A stretch of 47,713 bases of DNA from Candidatus Altimarinota bacterium (GCA_043722085.1 JAYSPL010000126.1:1-47713), one strand, 5' to 3'. Positions 13,850 through 25,679 are shown, numbered from the stretch's first letter. Notes: generated by a model from the sequence alone, not told the origin. Program-made: numbers and translations.

Positions 13850-15238
13850 TTAGTAACGGTAGTGCTCTGGTTTGTATGGCCCTACGGCTGGAACTCCGAT
13901 ATAATTGGCTTGTTCTGGAGTGAGAACCGTGAGTTGTACTCCAATTCGAGCAAGATGAAGACGAGCTACCTTCTCATCGAGGTATTTCGGCAGACGATAC
14001 ACTCCAATCGGGTAATTGACAGTATTCTGATAGAGTTCGATTTGTGCTAGTGTCTGATTCGTGAAACTATTCGACATTACAAATGATGGATGACCGGTTG
14101 CACACCCGAGATTCACGAGACGACCTTCAGCCAGGAGGATGATCTTGTTTCCACTTGGAAGGAGAATATGATCTACTTGAGGCTTGATATTGTCCCAAGT
14201 ATATTTTCTCATACTTACTACATCGATTTCACTATCGAAGTGTCCAATGTTACAGACAATGGCCTCATCGCGCATCGCTATCATATGATCATGCGTGATA
14301 ATATCCTTGTTACCAGTTGCAGTAACGAATATATCTGCTTGGCTACAAGCAGATTCCATGGTCACCACTCGAAATCCTTCCATAGCGGCTTGGAGCGCAC
14401 ATATTGGATCAATTTCTGTTACCCATACGGTGGCACCCATACCGCGAAATGCATCAGAACACCCTTTTCCTACATCGCCATATCCGCATACTACTACGAT
14501 CTTACCCGCAATCATCACATCAGTGGCTCGTTTGATTCCATCAATGATTGATTCTCGGCATCCGTAGAGGTTGTCAAATTTAGATTTTGTAACGGAGTCA
14601 TTCACATTGATAGCCGGAAAAGGAAGTCGTCCTGCTTCCATCATCTGGTAGAGTCTATGGACTCAGGTCGTTGTCTCTTCGGAAACACCGATAATATTTT
14701 TCTTGATTGTTGAATAAAAATCTGGAGTTATTTCGAGTCTCTTTCGGATAGACGCAAAAAGAACTCGTTCTTCTTCACAAGTAGGATTGTCAAGAACTCC
14801 AAGATCAGCTTCTGCTTCGCTACCGAGGATCACCAGAAGAGTAGCATCTCCACCATCATCGAGGATCATATTTGGAGTTCCTCCATTAGACCATTCGAAT
14901 ATTTTATGGGTATATTCCCAGTATTCTTCGAGAGATTCTCCCTTATAGGCAAAAACAGGAACACCTCCTTCTACAATCGCTGCGGCTGCATGATCTTGCG
15001 TTGAGAAAATATTACAACTTGCCCATCTTACATCAGCTCCAAGGGCCGCAAGTGTTTCGATGAGTACTCCCGTTTGGATAGTCATATGGAGTGAGCCAGC
15101 GATACGTGCTCATTTGAGTGGTTGAGTATTTTTATGTTCTGTTCGGAGTGCCATAAGTCCTGGCATTTCTGTTTCGGCAATAAGAAGTTCTTTTCTTCCC
15201 CATGCAGCGAGTCCCATATCGAGTACCTTGTAGTCCAT
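13850..15238 (-). CDS. ahcY: S-adenosyl-L-homocysteine hydrolase
   Basis: 462 aa joining 13850..14644, 14663..15085 and an N-terminal piece across [35 protein letters not shown].., NAD site [20 protein letters not shown], and C-terminal ..[10 protein letters not shown]. Confidence 0.93.
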
Positions 15239-15286
15239 AGTGTAGTTGTAAAAAAATAACAGCGGGATTCTATCGAGAAAACACAA

Positions 15287-16222
15287 TTAATCAAAGAATT
15301 TTTCATTGAATTCCTTTTTTCCTATGGCATTGATATTTTCTTTATCGAGGCTATGGTTTTGAGGTCCCATATATTGGATCTTGATGCCACCAATGATACT
15401 ACCGAGTTGGCATGACTTGGTTATATTCCATCCTTCTGAGAGTCCATAGAGGAGTCCAGACCGATAGGAATCACCACAACCAGTGGCATCTACAATATGG
15501 TCTGTATAGATTCCTGCAATATGAATCTCTTCTGTTGGCGAATATATACAAGATCACTTTTCTCAGAGAGTCAGGATAGCAATGTGCCTATGAGCCAGAC
15601 AAATATCTATAAAATCTTCTCCAGTAATTTCTCGGAATTGATTCTGTTCGGGTTCATTCATAATAGTGATCTGTGCGAGAATACTCATATTTTTAAGTTC
15701 TTCTTTCGAAAAGAGCCCCATAGCTTGTCCTGGATCAAATATCGTATATGTTCAATCCTGAACACATTCTTCAACTCTTCGTATAATGCCTTCCTTGGAA
15801 TCTGGGGCTGCAATGGCAAAATTAAATGACAGAGCCCTATGTGTTATCTCACCAGAAAGACTCATAGCACCAGCATGAAAAGTATTGATCTGTCCATTTC
15901 ATTCGTCTCTGAGGATGTAGGCTTGGGGACAATAGCTTCATGGCACAACTTGTACGAGTTCAGTATGGACTCACATTTCCTGAAGGCGAATGAGGGAGTC
16001 TTTTCCATCTTCACCGATAGACGCAATAATATGAGGATGTTTTCAGAGAAGTGCCAAAGAGTAGGCAATATTAGCCGCTGTTCCTCCATTTTCTCGACGA
16101 ATAGTTGGTGAAAAGAGTGAAAGATGCATATCGATATTTTCTTGTGTATCTAGTTCACGAAAACTCCCCACATTTTGGATAATAGTATCAAAAGCAACGG
16201 AACCAGAAATCAGTATGGACAT
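15287..16222 (-). CDS. PfkB-family carbohydrate/nucleoside kinase (adenosine kinase suggested by context)
   Basis: 311 aa, hand-translated: MSILISGSVAFDTII..ENGGTAANIAYSLALLG.. and the C-terminal DATGCGDSYRSG anion-hole motif. It lies 48 nt upstream of ahcY on the same strand. Confidence 0.75.
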
Positions 16223-16332
16223 AAAAAGTATAGTAAAAAAATATTTGAAGATTCTATAAAAAATATCTAAAAAGTCGAGCTAGATTTTTAAAGGAAAAAA
16301 TCACGATTCATTATTTACTACAATATAATTTT

Positions 16333-16524
16333 CTAAAACAATAATTTTAGTTCATTTTCAATTTGATCTTTGCCCTGAGCTTGTTCTTTTTGCTCAAGGG
16401 TTCTTACACTTTCAGTAATCGAACTAGCTTTGGCATAGGCTTGCTCGAGTTTTTTGATCTGTCACCGTGTCAGTGGTTTCTTAGAGTGATGTCAGCCGGA
16501 TGGTATACAGTCTCAATATCCCAT
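16333..16524 (-). CDS. hypothetical small protein (63 aa)
   Basis: ATG 19 nt after the murA stop. MGY[G]DCIPSG[G]HHSKKPLTR[G]QIKKLEQAYAKASSITESVRTLEQKEQAQGKDQIENELKLLF*. Open only with TGA=Gly, with a helical C-terminal half. No family recognised. Confidence 0.3.
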
Positions 16525-16543
16525 ATTTTGTACAATTATAGAT

Positions 16544-17800
16544 TTATATATGTTCTATTTTTCATCCAAGCTTTCGTATTTTTCCGATAATATCTTCATA
16601 TCATCGCTCGATATACTCGACGTTCATGATAGTTGTATCACCTCGTGCAATCATGCCAGCCAGTATCATAGTCACTCAAGCCCTCAGATCCCAAGATGAT
16701 ACCATGGCACCCTTGAGGTGTGTTTTTCCAAAAATAAGTGCTTCATGCGGATTCATGATAGCAATATGTCCGCGCATTTTCTCGATCTCGACGAGCCAGT
16801 TGAGGCGTCATTCAAAGAGTACTTCATGAACGCGGGATACTCACTCAGCTTGAGTGAGGAGGAGTGAGAAAGGGGATTGGAGGTCCGTGGGAAATCCGGG
16901 ATAGATATTGGTCTGAAAATTCACAGCTTTGAGTGAGGACCTGGAATTGTATACGGTGATACTATCTTTTTGTTCATTCAGAGTATATCTAACCCCGGCT
17001 TCTTTGCATTTTGCGAGAAAAAATCTCAGATCATTGATTCTGGCATTTCGTATTTCGATACTCGGAGTTGCCGTGAGTGCTCAGAGTATGATGAAGGTTC
17101 CACTTTCGATATAATCATGTATAACACTGGTTTCGGCCTCTTTTGGTGCTAGCTTGATTCCCACTACTGTGATCATATGATCGTGAGATACCTCGATTCG
17201 AATTCCGAGAGTTCTGAGGAATTCTATCAGATTCATAACGTGTGGTTCAATGGCCCCAAGTTCTATGGTGGTTGTACCGGAACGAAATCCAGCGATCATG
17301 AGAATATTCTCGGTTGCAGTTACTGCAAATCAAGCAGATACTCGGACATTTTCAGTACTATAATTGCCCGAAAAATGGAGTATTTCACCAGTTCATTCAT
17401 TCATATACCCGAAGGCTTCAAATCCTCTAATGTGTTCATCGAGGGGCCGTTTTCCAATATTACATCAACCCGGGAATGGTATTTCGAGATCACCAAATCT
17501 CTTGAGGAGTGCTGGAAATAGAAAGATTCCAACACGTATCTTTTTAACGAGTTCGGTATTGATATTTTCAAGACTCATATTGGTAGAATCGAGAGTCAAC
17601 GTATTACCCGTAAAATCAACGATTACGCCGAGTGATTCTATGATAGATAGAAATGTAAGAACATCACCAATTCGAGGGACATTGTGGAGAGTGAATTTCT
17701 CAAAAAAAAGTCCACAGGCAATAAGTGGGAGGGTTGCATTTTTGGAACCAGATATATTCACAACACCAGCGAGGTCTTGTGGTCCATGGAGAGAGAGCAT
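16544..17800 (-). CDS. murA: UDP-N-acetylglucosamine 1-carboxyvinyltransferase
   Basis: MLSLHGPQDLAGVVNISGSKNATLPLIACGLF..NVPRIGDV.. at the N-terminus and ..NVEYIERGYEDIIGKIRKLG.. at the C-terminus. Pieces 17465.. and 17081.. are in one frame. The start was chosen by alignment to E. coli MurA (from memory); an upstream alternative is at 17833. Confidence 0.9.
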
Positions 17801-17910
17801 AATAAGTCGTGAATAGTAACAAAGTCGCCTCATTCTATATGAATAAGGGAATATCGCAATTTTTTCTGTCAAAAAATATATTTTGTACAGATATTGATTA
17901 CTAATTGCTA

Positions 17911-18585
17911 TTAAACGATATGGATTCGATATCCGATCCCTCGAATTGTCTCTATTTCGATGCTCTCTCCAATTTTTTTTCTGAGATTCTTCACATGAGT
18001 ATCGATAGTTCGGTCATATATATAGTTATCGTACCCAATGATATCTTTCATGAGTGATTCCCGCTTGATGACGCTACCTGTATTTTTTGCAAAATATTCC
18101 AAAATAGCAAATTCCGTCTTGGTGAGACGAATTGGCACTCAGGCGACATCCACTCTAAAGTTCTTAGAATCAATTGAGATATCACCGAGTGATAGTATTT
18201 TATTCGTTTTTACTTTTTTTCGGGCCTCAATTCGCTTGAGTATCGTGGCAATACGTGCCATGAGTTCACGTGGTGAAAATGGCTTTGATACGTAGTCGTC
18301 AGCTCCCAGTCCGAGAAGCATCACTGTATCATCTTCATTTTCACGGGCCGAGAGGATAACAATAGGGGTTTCAGAGATGACGCGTATCTCTTCACAGATG
18401 AGGATTCCATTTTTTCCGGGAAGATTGATGTCGAGGATTACAAGCGCCGGTTTTTCTGTATGAAACAGAGACATGGCATCATTTCAATTCTCGCATACAA
18501 CGACACTATATCCAGATTGTTCTATATAGAGTGAAAGTGGAGTAATGATACCAGTATCATCTTCGATGAGGAGTATTTTTTGCAT
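17911..18585 (-). CDS. OmpR/PhoB-type response regulator
   Basis: 224 aa. Receiver domain MQKILLIEDD..ALVILDINLPGKNG..ADDYVSKPF, then a winged-helix domain LTKTEFAILEYF..TIDTHVKNLRKKIG..IETIRGIGYR. There are two in-frame TGA. Confidence 0.88.
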
Positions 18586-18707
18586 AAGAGGAGAGCATGA
18601 CGAATGGATACAGGTACAATGTATGAATATAATGAAAAAAGTAAATTATAGAGCCCATTATTTCCATTAATTCGCAAGGAATAATTTTTCATTTTTTGCG
18701 TATATAG

Positions 18708-18716
18708 TGCTATAAT
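18708..18716 (+). promoter_or_regulatory. extended -10 promoter element (TGcTATAAT) upstream of clpC
   Basis: tgctataat lies 70 nt upstream of the clpC ATG. Only a weak -35 (ttcatt) is present at 17-nt spacing. Confidence 0.4.
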
Positions 18717-18786
18717 AAGCCAATAGATAGAGTTGATTTTTTAATTTTTCCTCTATAATCTTCACACGAAATTTACCCTTATTTTT

Positions 18787-21378
18787 ATGCTCAATCAGTT
18801 TACCGAAGAATATCGAAATATTATGCTTGCAGCGGAGCAACGAGCGAAGCAATTCGGTTACCGAGAGATACTTCCAGAGGATGTTCTGGTACAAGTTGCT
18901 AAGGTTCAAAGTGGAAATATATACGATCTTTTTGGAAGTTTTGGTATCAATGATGCTATTTTGATAGATCTCTTTTCTCGTGCTCCATTCCACCTCGAAG
19001 GAGGGAATCGTGCGGGTAACTATACCGGCATCTCTCCTCGGCTCAAGCATATTATTGTTGATTCTATGAAAACTGCTGCCAAGTTCCAAAAGGGACAAGC
19101 ATGACTTGAGGATTTTCTCCTCGCACTGCTTCGTTCTGAGACCGATAATTGGTTCGTGCAGATTCTTGATTTTATAGGTATTGATCCCAAAGCACTTGAA
19201 ATGGAACTCATCGAAATCAATACGCTGATTGCGGGAGCTGGTGGAGCGAATCTCGAAAATGGAGGGATGTTTGGTCCGATTGATGATCTCATGCACCTGA
19301 TTGAAGATACTTTTGGTGGAAAAAAAACGGACGATAATGATGTGACAAAGAATAAGCCTGACAGCAAGAAATCCACACCATTTGACCAAAACACCCAGCA
19401 GGATAAAAAAGATTCCAGCACTCCTGGGCTCGACTTTTTTGGAGTTGATCTCACTCATGAAGCTCGCCAAAAAAAGATTGATCCAATATTTGGTCGGGAT
19501 ACTGAGATTGACCGCCTGATTAGTATACTCAATCGTAAGACCAAAAATAATCCCTGTTTGGTAGGCGATCCTGGAGTTGGTAAAACGGCCGTCGTCGAGG
19601 GTCTCGCTCGTCGTATTGTCGAGGGAACGGTACCATTCGCAATGCAAAATAAGCGTATTATCTCACTCAATCTCTCTCAGATGGTTGCGGGTACCAAGTA
19701 TCGTTGAGAATTTGAACAGCGCATCAAGCTCGTGATTGATGAGGCTTCCAAGCTTGAAAATGAAGTGATTATATTCATCGATGAGATCCATACGATTATT
19801 GGTGCTGGTTCAGGAGAGGGATCACTCGATGCCGCCAATATACTCAAGCCCGCCATGGCTCGTGGGAAAATATCACTTATTGGTGCCACAACCCTTACAG
19901 AATACCAGAAATATATAGAAAAAGACTCAGCACTCGAACGTCGATTTCAGAAAATTGATGTGGCAGAGCCTACCAAAGAAGTTTCGAACATGATCATTAT
20001 GGGTCTCCGGTCGAGTTTCGAAGAATTCCACAATCTGATCATTGATGATGACGCTATATTTGACGCAGTTGATCTTTCTACTCGTTATATCACCGACAGG
20101 TTTTTGCCTGACAAGGCGATTGATCTCATCGATGAGGCCTGCAGTACCAAGAGTATGACCTATAATTTTGATACTTCCGAAGTGACGGATCTCAAGGAGA
20201 AGATGCAAATGGTTCAAAAAGAGATGGAAGATCTCCTTATCTCTCAGCAGTATCAGAAGGCACTCAAAAAAAGAAAAGTGATCGAAGCAATAGCCATTGA
20301 GGTAGAAGAAAAGAAGAAAAAGAGAACCATTCCTCGAAAGGATAGACTGCATATTAGTGGTACTGATATACAACGAGTGATCCATCAGATCAGTGGGATC
20401 CCGCTCAAAAATCTGGAAAAAGAAGATATGTCTCGCCTTCGCTCCCTTGGAAGTGTGATAAAAAATAGAATCCTTGGGCAATCAGATGCGATCGATGCTA
20501 TCACGAGTTCTCTCAAAAGATCATCCGTAGGAATATCAAATCCAAATCGACCTATTGGATCATTTCTTTTTCTTGGTCCAACTGGAGTTGGAAAAACAGA
20601 GCTTGTAAAAGTGCTCGCTGAAGAGTTTTTTGCTGATCCGAAGGCGCTTATCAAGATTGATATGAGTGAGTTCCAGGACAAGTCGAGTGCCTCCAAGTTG
20701 ATCGGTACGACAGCCGGATATGTAGGGTATGAAGAAGGGGGGATGCTGACTGAAAAAGTTCGGCGTAAGCCGTATTCCATTATCCTCCTCGATGAGATCG
20801 AAAAAGGGAATTCGGACGTCTACAATCTCCTGCTTCAGATCCTCGAAGATGGAGTACTCACTGACGGAAAGGGTCGTGCTGTGAATTTTAAGAATACGAT
20901 CATTATCATGACCTCCAATATTGGATCTGATGAGTTCAATGAAAAAGCCGCACAGATTGGATTCTCGATAGGAGTCCGAGAGGAAGAGAGTATCATTGCG
21001 GATTACGCCTCTATTCGTGAAAAGGTACTCAAACAACTTCCAGATTTCTTTGCTCCGGAATTTTTGAATCGTATCGATAAGACGATTGTATTCAATCCGC
21101 TCGATAAAAAAATTCTCAGAAATATAATTATCCTGCAATTAGATGATCTCTTATCTCGGCTTTCGCCTCTTGGAGTGACTTGTACTTATGATACCAAGGC
21201 GGTGTCGCTCATTCTCAAGTCTACGTATAATCCAGAGTACGGGGCTCGTCCAGTACGTCGATATATCCAAGATAAGGTAGAGGATGTCATCGCGGATATG
21301 ATGATCGCTGGTGGAAAAAAGAAAACAAATCTCGTACTATCCTCCAAGGGAGACGAACTGCTCTTTACTTGGAAATAG
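18787..21378 (+). CDS. clpC: ClpC-type AAA+ chaperone/unfoldase (two ATPase domains)
   Basis: 863 aa across two TGA. Clp N-domain repeats. D1 has [15 protein letters not shown] and [15 protein letters not shown] short coiled-coil middle region is present. D2 has [26 protein letters not shown] and [10 protein letters not shown]. Confidence 0.9.
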
Positions 21379-21469
21379 TATATTTCACAATAAATTATTT
21401 AAAATAAACTTGACAATTACAAATATAATATACTATATGTATTAGGTTCACACTCTTAATCTCATTGGT

Positions 21470-22366
21470 ATGTATAAATGTTCACTTTTTTTGTTCACAA
21501 TTATGGTCAGTATAATTGTTGGAATGGTCTCACTGAGCGCTACTCCTGGAACGAATAATCCTCCTGTTTATGCTTGGATTGGTTGCGATGGTACGGCGGT
21601 TACGCGTACTGAAGCCGGAAAAATTGTGATGACTCCTATCACCAAGAATATGACGAATTGTAATGGTCCAAAAAGTCTAGTAACTGTTGCACCTGATAGT
21701 GCTACTACTGGAAGTATTTCGGGCTCACTCAATATGTTTGACGATTCTCTTGCAGTGAGTGGTCCAAAAACAACCCACAAGATCATCTTGGATCTGGCAC
21801 AGAAAGATATAGTGAATTACCGCGTAGAGCAGATCAAACAAGAGCAAATCAGGTATGCGAATGCGATTCGTAGTGTTCGTATTCGATCCGGGAAGAGTAT
21901 GGATGCTCATACAAATGGATACCTGATCAAAAACGCTGCCGTTCAGGTAACTGGAAGTACCACGGGTTGGACTCCAGTAACATCTGGGGAAGTTGTAGTG
22001 ACTGATGCTCGTGAAAATACAGTATCAATTGATACCTCCAAAGGGACAACAGGATATGTTGGTACCAGATTTCTTCGCAACGCTACTCCATCTGATCTCG
22101 TAAAGATTGGTCAGGCTGATATCGCATACTGGACTGATATCGTTCATACAAATGTAGCACATCTCGTGAATATCCGAAGTCATCCATGGTACCAATCCTC
22201 CATTTTGTATACCGTTGGAAGCGACGTAGATCTCTATCGAATCGCAACTGTGGATAATTGGTCACAAGTTCAGAGCATTGATGGGACGGTCAAGGGATTT
22301 ATTAGATCAGATTTCCTCGTGGTTGATACAGCACAACTCATTGAAATTAAGCCATTATTACGATAA
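21470..22366 (+). CDS. secreted/membrane-anchored protein with C-terminal bacterial SH3-like repeats
   Basis: 298-aa intact ORF. N-terminal hydrophobic anchor (LFLFTIMVSIIVGMVSL). The C-terminal VNIRSHPWYQSSILYTVGSDVDLYRIATVDNWSQVQSIDGTVKGFIRSDFL resembles SH3b. Confidence 0.55.
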   Translation: MYKCSLFLFTIMVSIIVGMVSLSATPGTNNPPVYAWIGCDGTAVTRTEAGKIVMTPITKNMTNCNGPKSLVTVAPDSATTGSISGSLNMFDDSLAVSGPKTTHKIILDLAQKDIVNYRVEQIKQEQIRYANAIRSVRIRSGKSMDAHTNGYLIKNAAVQVTGSTTGWTPVTSGEVVVTDARENTVSIDTSKGTTGYVGTRFLRNATPSDLVKIGQADIAYWTDIVHTNVAHLVNIRSHPWYQSSILYTVGSDVDLYRIATVDNWSQVQSIDGTVKGFIRSDFLVVDTAQLIEIKPLLR

Positions 22367-22432
22367 GTATACTTACTGAACAATTTTCTAGTAATCGAAA
22401 AATAATATCCCATACAGTTGAGTCCGACCTCC

Positions 22433-22478
22433 AGAAAATAGAAACAAAATAACACTGCGTTTCCATTTTCTATTTTTT
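22433..22478 (+). terminator. rho-independent terminator
   Basis: 13-bp stem agaaaatagaaac / gtttccattttct (one mismatch) with a 13-nt loop, followed by attttttg. Confidence 0.55.
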
Positions 22479-22538
22479 GCAAATAATTTGCGATTTTGAA
22501 TGTAGTGTGGTACACTCTCTATATATTAAATAGTATGT

Positions 22539-22937
22539 ATGTCTCAAAACATTGAAAGTCTCTATATATTTGATGGTTTCTCCAAGGAGGTTATTGCATT
22601 TTTCCTATTGATGAGTCAGAATCAATATAGAAAAAAGTGAGAAATCATTATACAAGAAGGGGAATCATCCAATGGATGTGCCTACTATATTAATTCTGGA
22701 TCGGTTCGAGTGCTTCATCGAAAAAAAGAAATTGCAACACTTACGGTTGGTGGCTTCTTTGGTGAAATAGCACTGATTACGAATGAGGCTCGCAACGCTA
22801 CTATCGAGGTTATGGAAGATACAGAATTACAGGTTTTTCTAGCGGATGATTTCTTGACCCTCCTCCAGCAGTCTTCGCATGGAAAAGAGATGAAAGACGA
22901 AATCCGCAGACGTATTATAGAAAATGGCAAACGTTAA
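22539..22937 (+). CDS. stand-alone cyclic-nucleotide-binding domain protein
   Basis: 132 aa. ..IIQEGESSNGCAYYINSGSVRV..TLTVGGFFGEIALITNEARNATIEVMEDTELQVF.. is the cNMP-binding beta-barrel/phosphate-binding cassette. One in-frame TGA. No DNA-binding or other output domain. Confidence 0.7.
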
Positions 22938-22946
22938 TTAGCATAT

Positions 22947-22978
22947 AAAAAACTCCAGAAAAATTTCTGGAGTTTTTT
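22947..22978. terminator. bidirectional terminator shared by the cNMP-binding gene and groEL
   Basis: Stem aaaaaactccagaaa / tttctggagtttttt between convergent stops at 22935-22937 and 22997-22999. Confidence 0.75.
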
Positions 22979-22996
22979 ATTTGATGTATATCGATA

Positions 22997-24640
22997 TTAG
23001 TACATACCACCCATTCCTCCCATTCCTCCCATTCCTCCAGCTGGCATTGTTGGAGTTTCTTCTTTTTTTGGACTATCAACGATGAGAGCCTCTGTGGTGA
23101 GAAACATCCCTGCGATAGAGATGGCATTCTCGAGAGCTGAGCGAGCTACTTTCGTTGGATCGATGATGCCCGCCTGAACGAGATCCTTGTATTCGTCACG
23201 CGCCGCATCGTATCCATAGTGTGGATCTGTATGGCGCATTACCTCATTGACGACCACCGCACCTTCTTTGCCAGCGTTATCTGCAATCTGACGTACGGGA
23301 TATGATAGCGCTCTCGCGACGATATCAGCTCCGACTCTTTCTTCTTTGGTAAAACTCGCATGCTCGAGTATTTTCGAAGCCTTCAGAAGAGCCACACCTC
23401 CACCCGCCACGATTCATTCATCGACCGCTGCCTTGGTAGCATTGAGGGCATCCTCGATTCGGAGCTTTTTCTCCTTCATCTCTACTTCGGACGCCGCCCC
23501 CACCTTGATAACAGCAATTCAACCGGCGAGCTTCGCAATTCTTTCCGCGAGTTTTTCCTTGTCATAGTTGGATTTGCTCGCGTCGAGTTGTGCTCCAAGT
23601 TCACGAACTCTCGCTTCGATGAGACTCGAGTCACCTCCTCAAGAGATGATCGTGGTACTATCTTTGGTCGAGATCACGACCTTAGCACGACCCAGGTGAT
23701 CGATATGTGCATTTTCGAGTTTATATCCCGTTTCATCGGTAATGAGTGTTGCACCCGTGAGAATTGCGATATCTCGAAGCATTTCTTTTTTCTTATCGCC
23801 AAATCCAGGGGCTTTGATGCCAAGAACCGTGAGGACTCACTTGAGCTTGTTGAGAATGATCCCCGTGAGTGCTTCTCCATCGATATCATCCGCTATGATG
23901 ACGAGCTCTCTTTTTCAACTCTGAGCCAGAGATTCAAGAAGCCCAAGGATATCCTTCAGTGATGATATCTTTTTATCAGTGATGAGAATATGAGCATCAG
24001 AAATGCGTCATTCCATCTTCTCTCCATCAGTGATCATATAGGGCGATATATATCCGTTATCGAATTGCATCCCTTCGGTGACTTCGACTTCGAGTCCGAA
24101 TGTTCGGCCCTCTTCCACCGTAATGATTCCGTCTTTTCCTACCTTTGCCATCGCATCAGCAATTATCTTACCAACTTCGATATCTTGAGCCGATAGCGTT
24201 GCTACCTGTTCGATCTCTTCACTGGTATTGAGTGGTGTAGACATTTTTGCAAGTTCTGCAATCACAAGTACTCAGGCTTTTTTCATCCCATTTTTGAGTT
24301 CGATAGCGTTGATCCCAGATCTGATCTCACGAAGCCCTTCCTTGACCATCGCGTACGTCAGGAGTGTAGCGGTTGAGGTTCCATCACCGGCGGCATCATT
24401 GGTCCGACTGGCTGCCTCCTTGATCAGCTCAGCTCCCATGTTTTCGATCTTGTCCTCGAGTTCGATCTCACGAGCAATGGTGACACCATCATTGGTTATT
24501 TGGGGCGCTCCATATCATTTTGAGAAGATGACGTTGCGACCCTTTGGTCCGATAGTCGCAGATACGACCTTGGCCACTTTCTCCATACCCGAGAACATCT
24601 GGAGGCGAGCCTCGTCTCCGAAGTGAATTTGTTTTGACAT
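22997..24640 (-). CDS. groL: chaperonin GroEL (60 kDa)
   Basis: 547 aa. [33 protein letters not shown].., [11 protein letters not shown], ..AAVDE[TGA][10 protein letters not shown].. and the C-terminal [13 protein letters not shown] tail. It is broken only by TGA codons. Confidence 0.95.
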
Positions 24641-24670
24641 AAGGTTTTAAAAGTTAGATACTTTAGATAA

Positions 24671-24991
24671 TTAATTAGAATAACGCTTTAAACAAAAAGA
24701 TTTCTTTTCATTCTTTTCATTATCAGCTTTATTGAAGACAGCTAGATCAGCATTATATACTCCCTCTTTTCACGGTACTGGAGTTCAATTTAGTTTGAGA
24801 AAATTTTTATAACTCTCCGCAACATCAGCGATACATTTATCAAGATCAATTTTATTTTTGACTATCTGTTCAATTTTATCTTCTCGTTTTCGAGATTCAT
24901 TTTGAGGAGTGAACACCACAAGATAGTAAGCAATACTAGAACTAATCAAAAGAAGACTTGCAATGATTGAAAATTTAATAGATTTATCCAT
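24671..24991 (-). CDS. hypothetical membrane-anchored protein (106 aa) between groES and groEL
   Basis: ORF-track 24785..24991 extends across two TGA to TAA 24671-24673. N-terminal TM (FSIIASLLLISSSIAYYLVVF) followed by a charged soluble part. It starts 11 nt after the upstream ORF's stop and ends 30 nt before the groEL ATG. Confidence 0.5.
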
Positions 24992-25002
24992 GGTAGAGAT
25001 GA

Positions 25003-25371
25003 TTAGTTATAAGGTAGTTTCTCAAATTCGATATCTGAGATAGATAATCATAGTTTTTTCAAATCGAAATTTCCTTTAATCCATTCTATTTCGTCTTCTA
25101 TCGTTTCTTTTGTCCAATTTTTGGAAATATATAGCAAATGAGTTGTCTTCAGTCAAGTTATTATTTTCGAATGAGAAAAAAGAAATCACTCAGGAGATTT
25201 TTTTGGTATTTGTTTAAGGAAAGAAAAACTACTGTTATAATGTATATTTTCAAAATCACCTATAGTAAGTCCAGTTGATTTATTTATCGAAATCACTAAT
25301 TCAGAATTAGAATCTATAGTGGATAAGTAATTTATATTATGTTGAATTTCAGTCAGTTTAGTTAGTTTCAT
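25003..25371 (-). CDS. hypothetical protein (122 aa) between groES and groEL
   Basis: ORF-track 25186..25371 extends across three TGA to TAA 25003-25005. MKLTKLTEIQHNINYL...WTKETIEDEIEWIKGNFDLKKLGLSISDIEFEKLPYN*. Starts 11 nt after the groES stop. No family recognised. Confidence 0.5.
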
Positions 25372-25382
25372 ATGTAAGAAAA

Positions 25383-25679
25383 TTAATTAATCTTCGCCAA
25401 TATATACTCAGCTCAGACGAGCTTGTATGTAATATCGCCGACCTTCACATCATCACCACTATACTGTCCTGATATCACTCGATCTCCTTTTTGGAGGTCG
25501 ATTTTCTGTAGAGTGCCGTCCTTGTCCAGCTTGCCTGGTCATACGGTGATGACCTCGTAGAGTGATGGTCGCTCCTTGTTCGCGGAGTCGGGGATGATGA
25601 TGCCTGAGGCAGTAACCTTGTCTGCATCGATCGGACGCAGGAGCACTCGATCAGAGAGGGGAATGACCTGATCGATCAT
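25383..25679 (-). CDS. groS: co-chaperonin GroES
   Basis: [46 protein letters not shown][G][22 protein letters not shown].. is a typical GroES. An alternative ATG lies at 25694. Confidence 0.9.

Noticed and set aside
18667-19647. 326-aa ORF on the minus strand, the longest single ORF in that part of the track.
   Set aside because: It is entirely antisense to the well-supported clpC frame. It has low-complexity Ser/Ile/Leu-rich composition and no motifs. It is a typical shadow ORF.
19927-21138. Minus-strand ORFs of 184, 131 and 192 aa.
   Set aside because: All are antisense to the second AAA+ domain of clpC. No motifs were seen.
23003-23041. Tandem 9-bp repeat cattcctcc x3.
   Set aside because: It encodes the normal GGM-repeat C-terminal tail of GroEL.
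23360-23962. 200-aa plus-strand ORF, along with other plus-strand ORFs at 23990..24626.
   Set aside because: They are antisense to groEL, whose frame is unambiguous.
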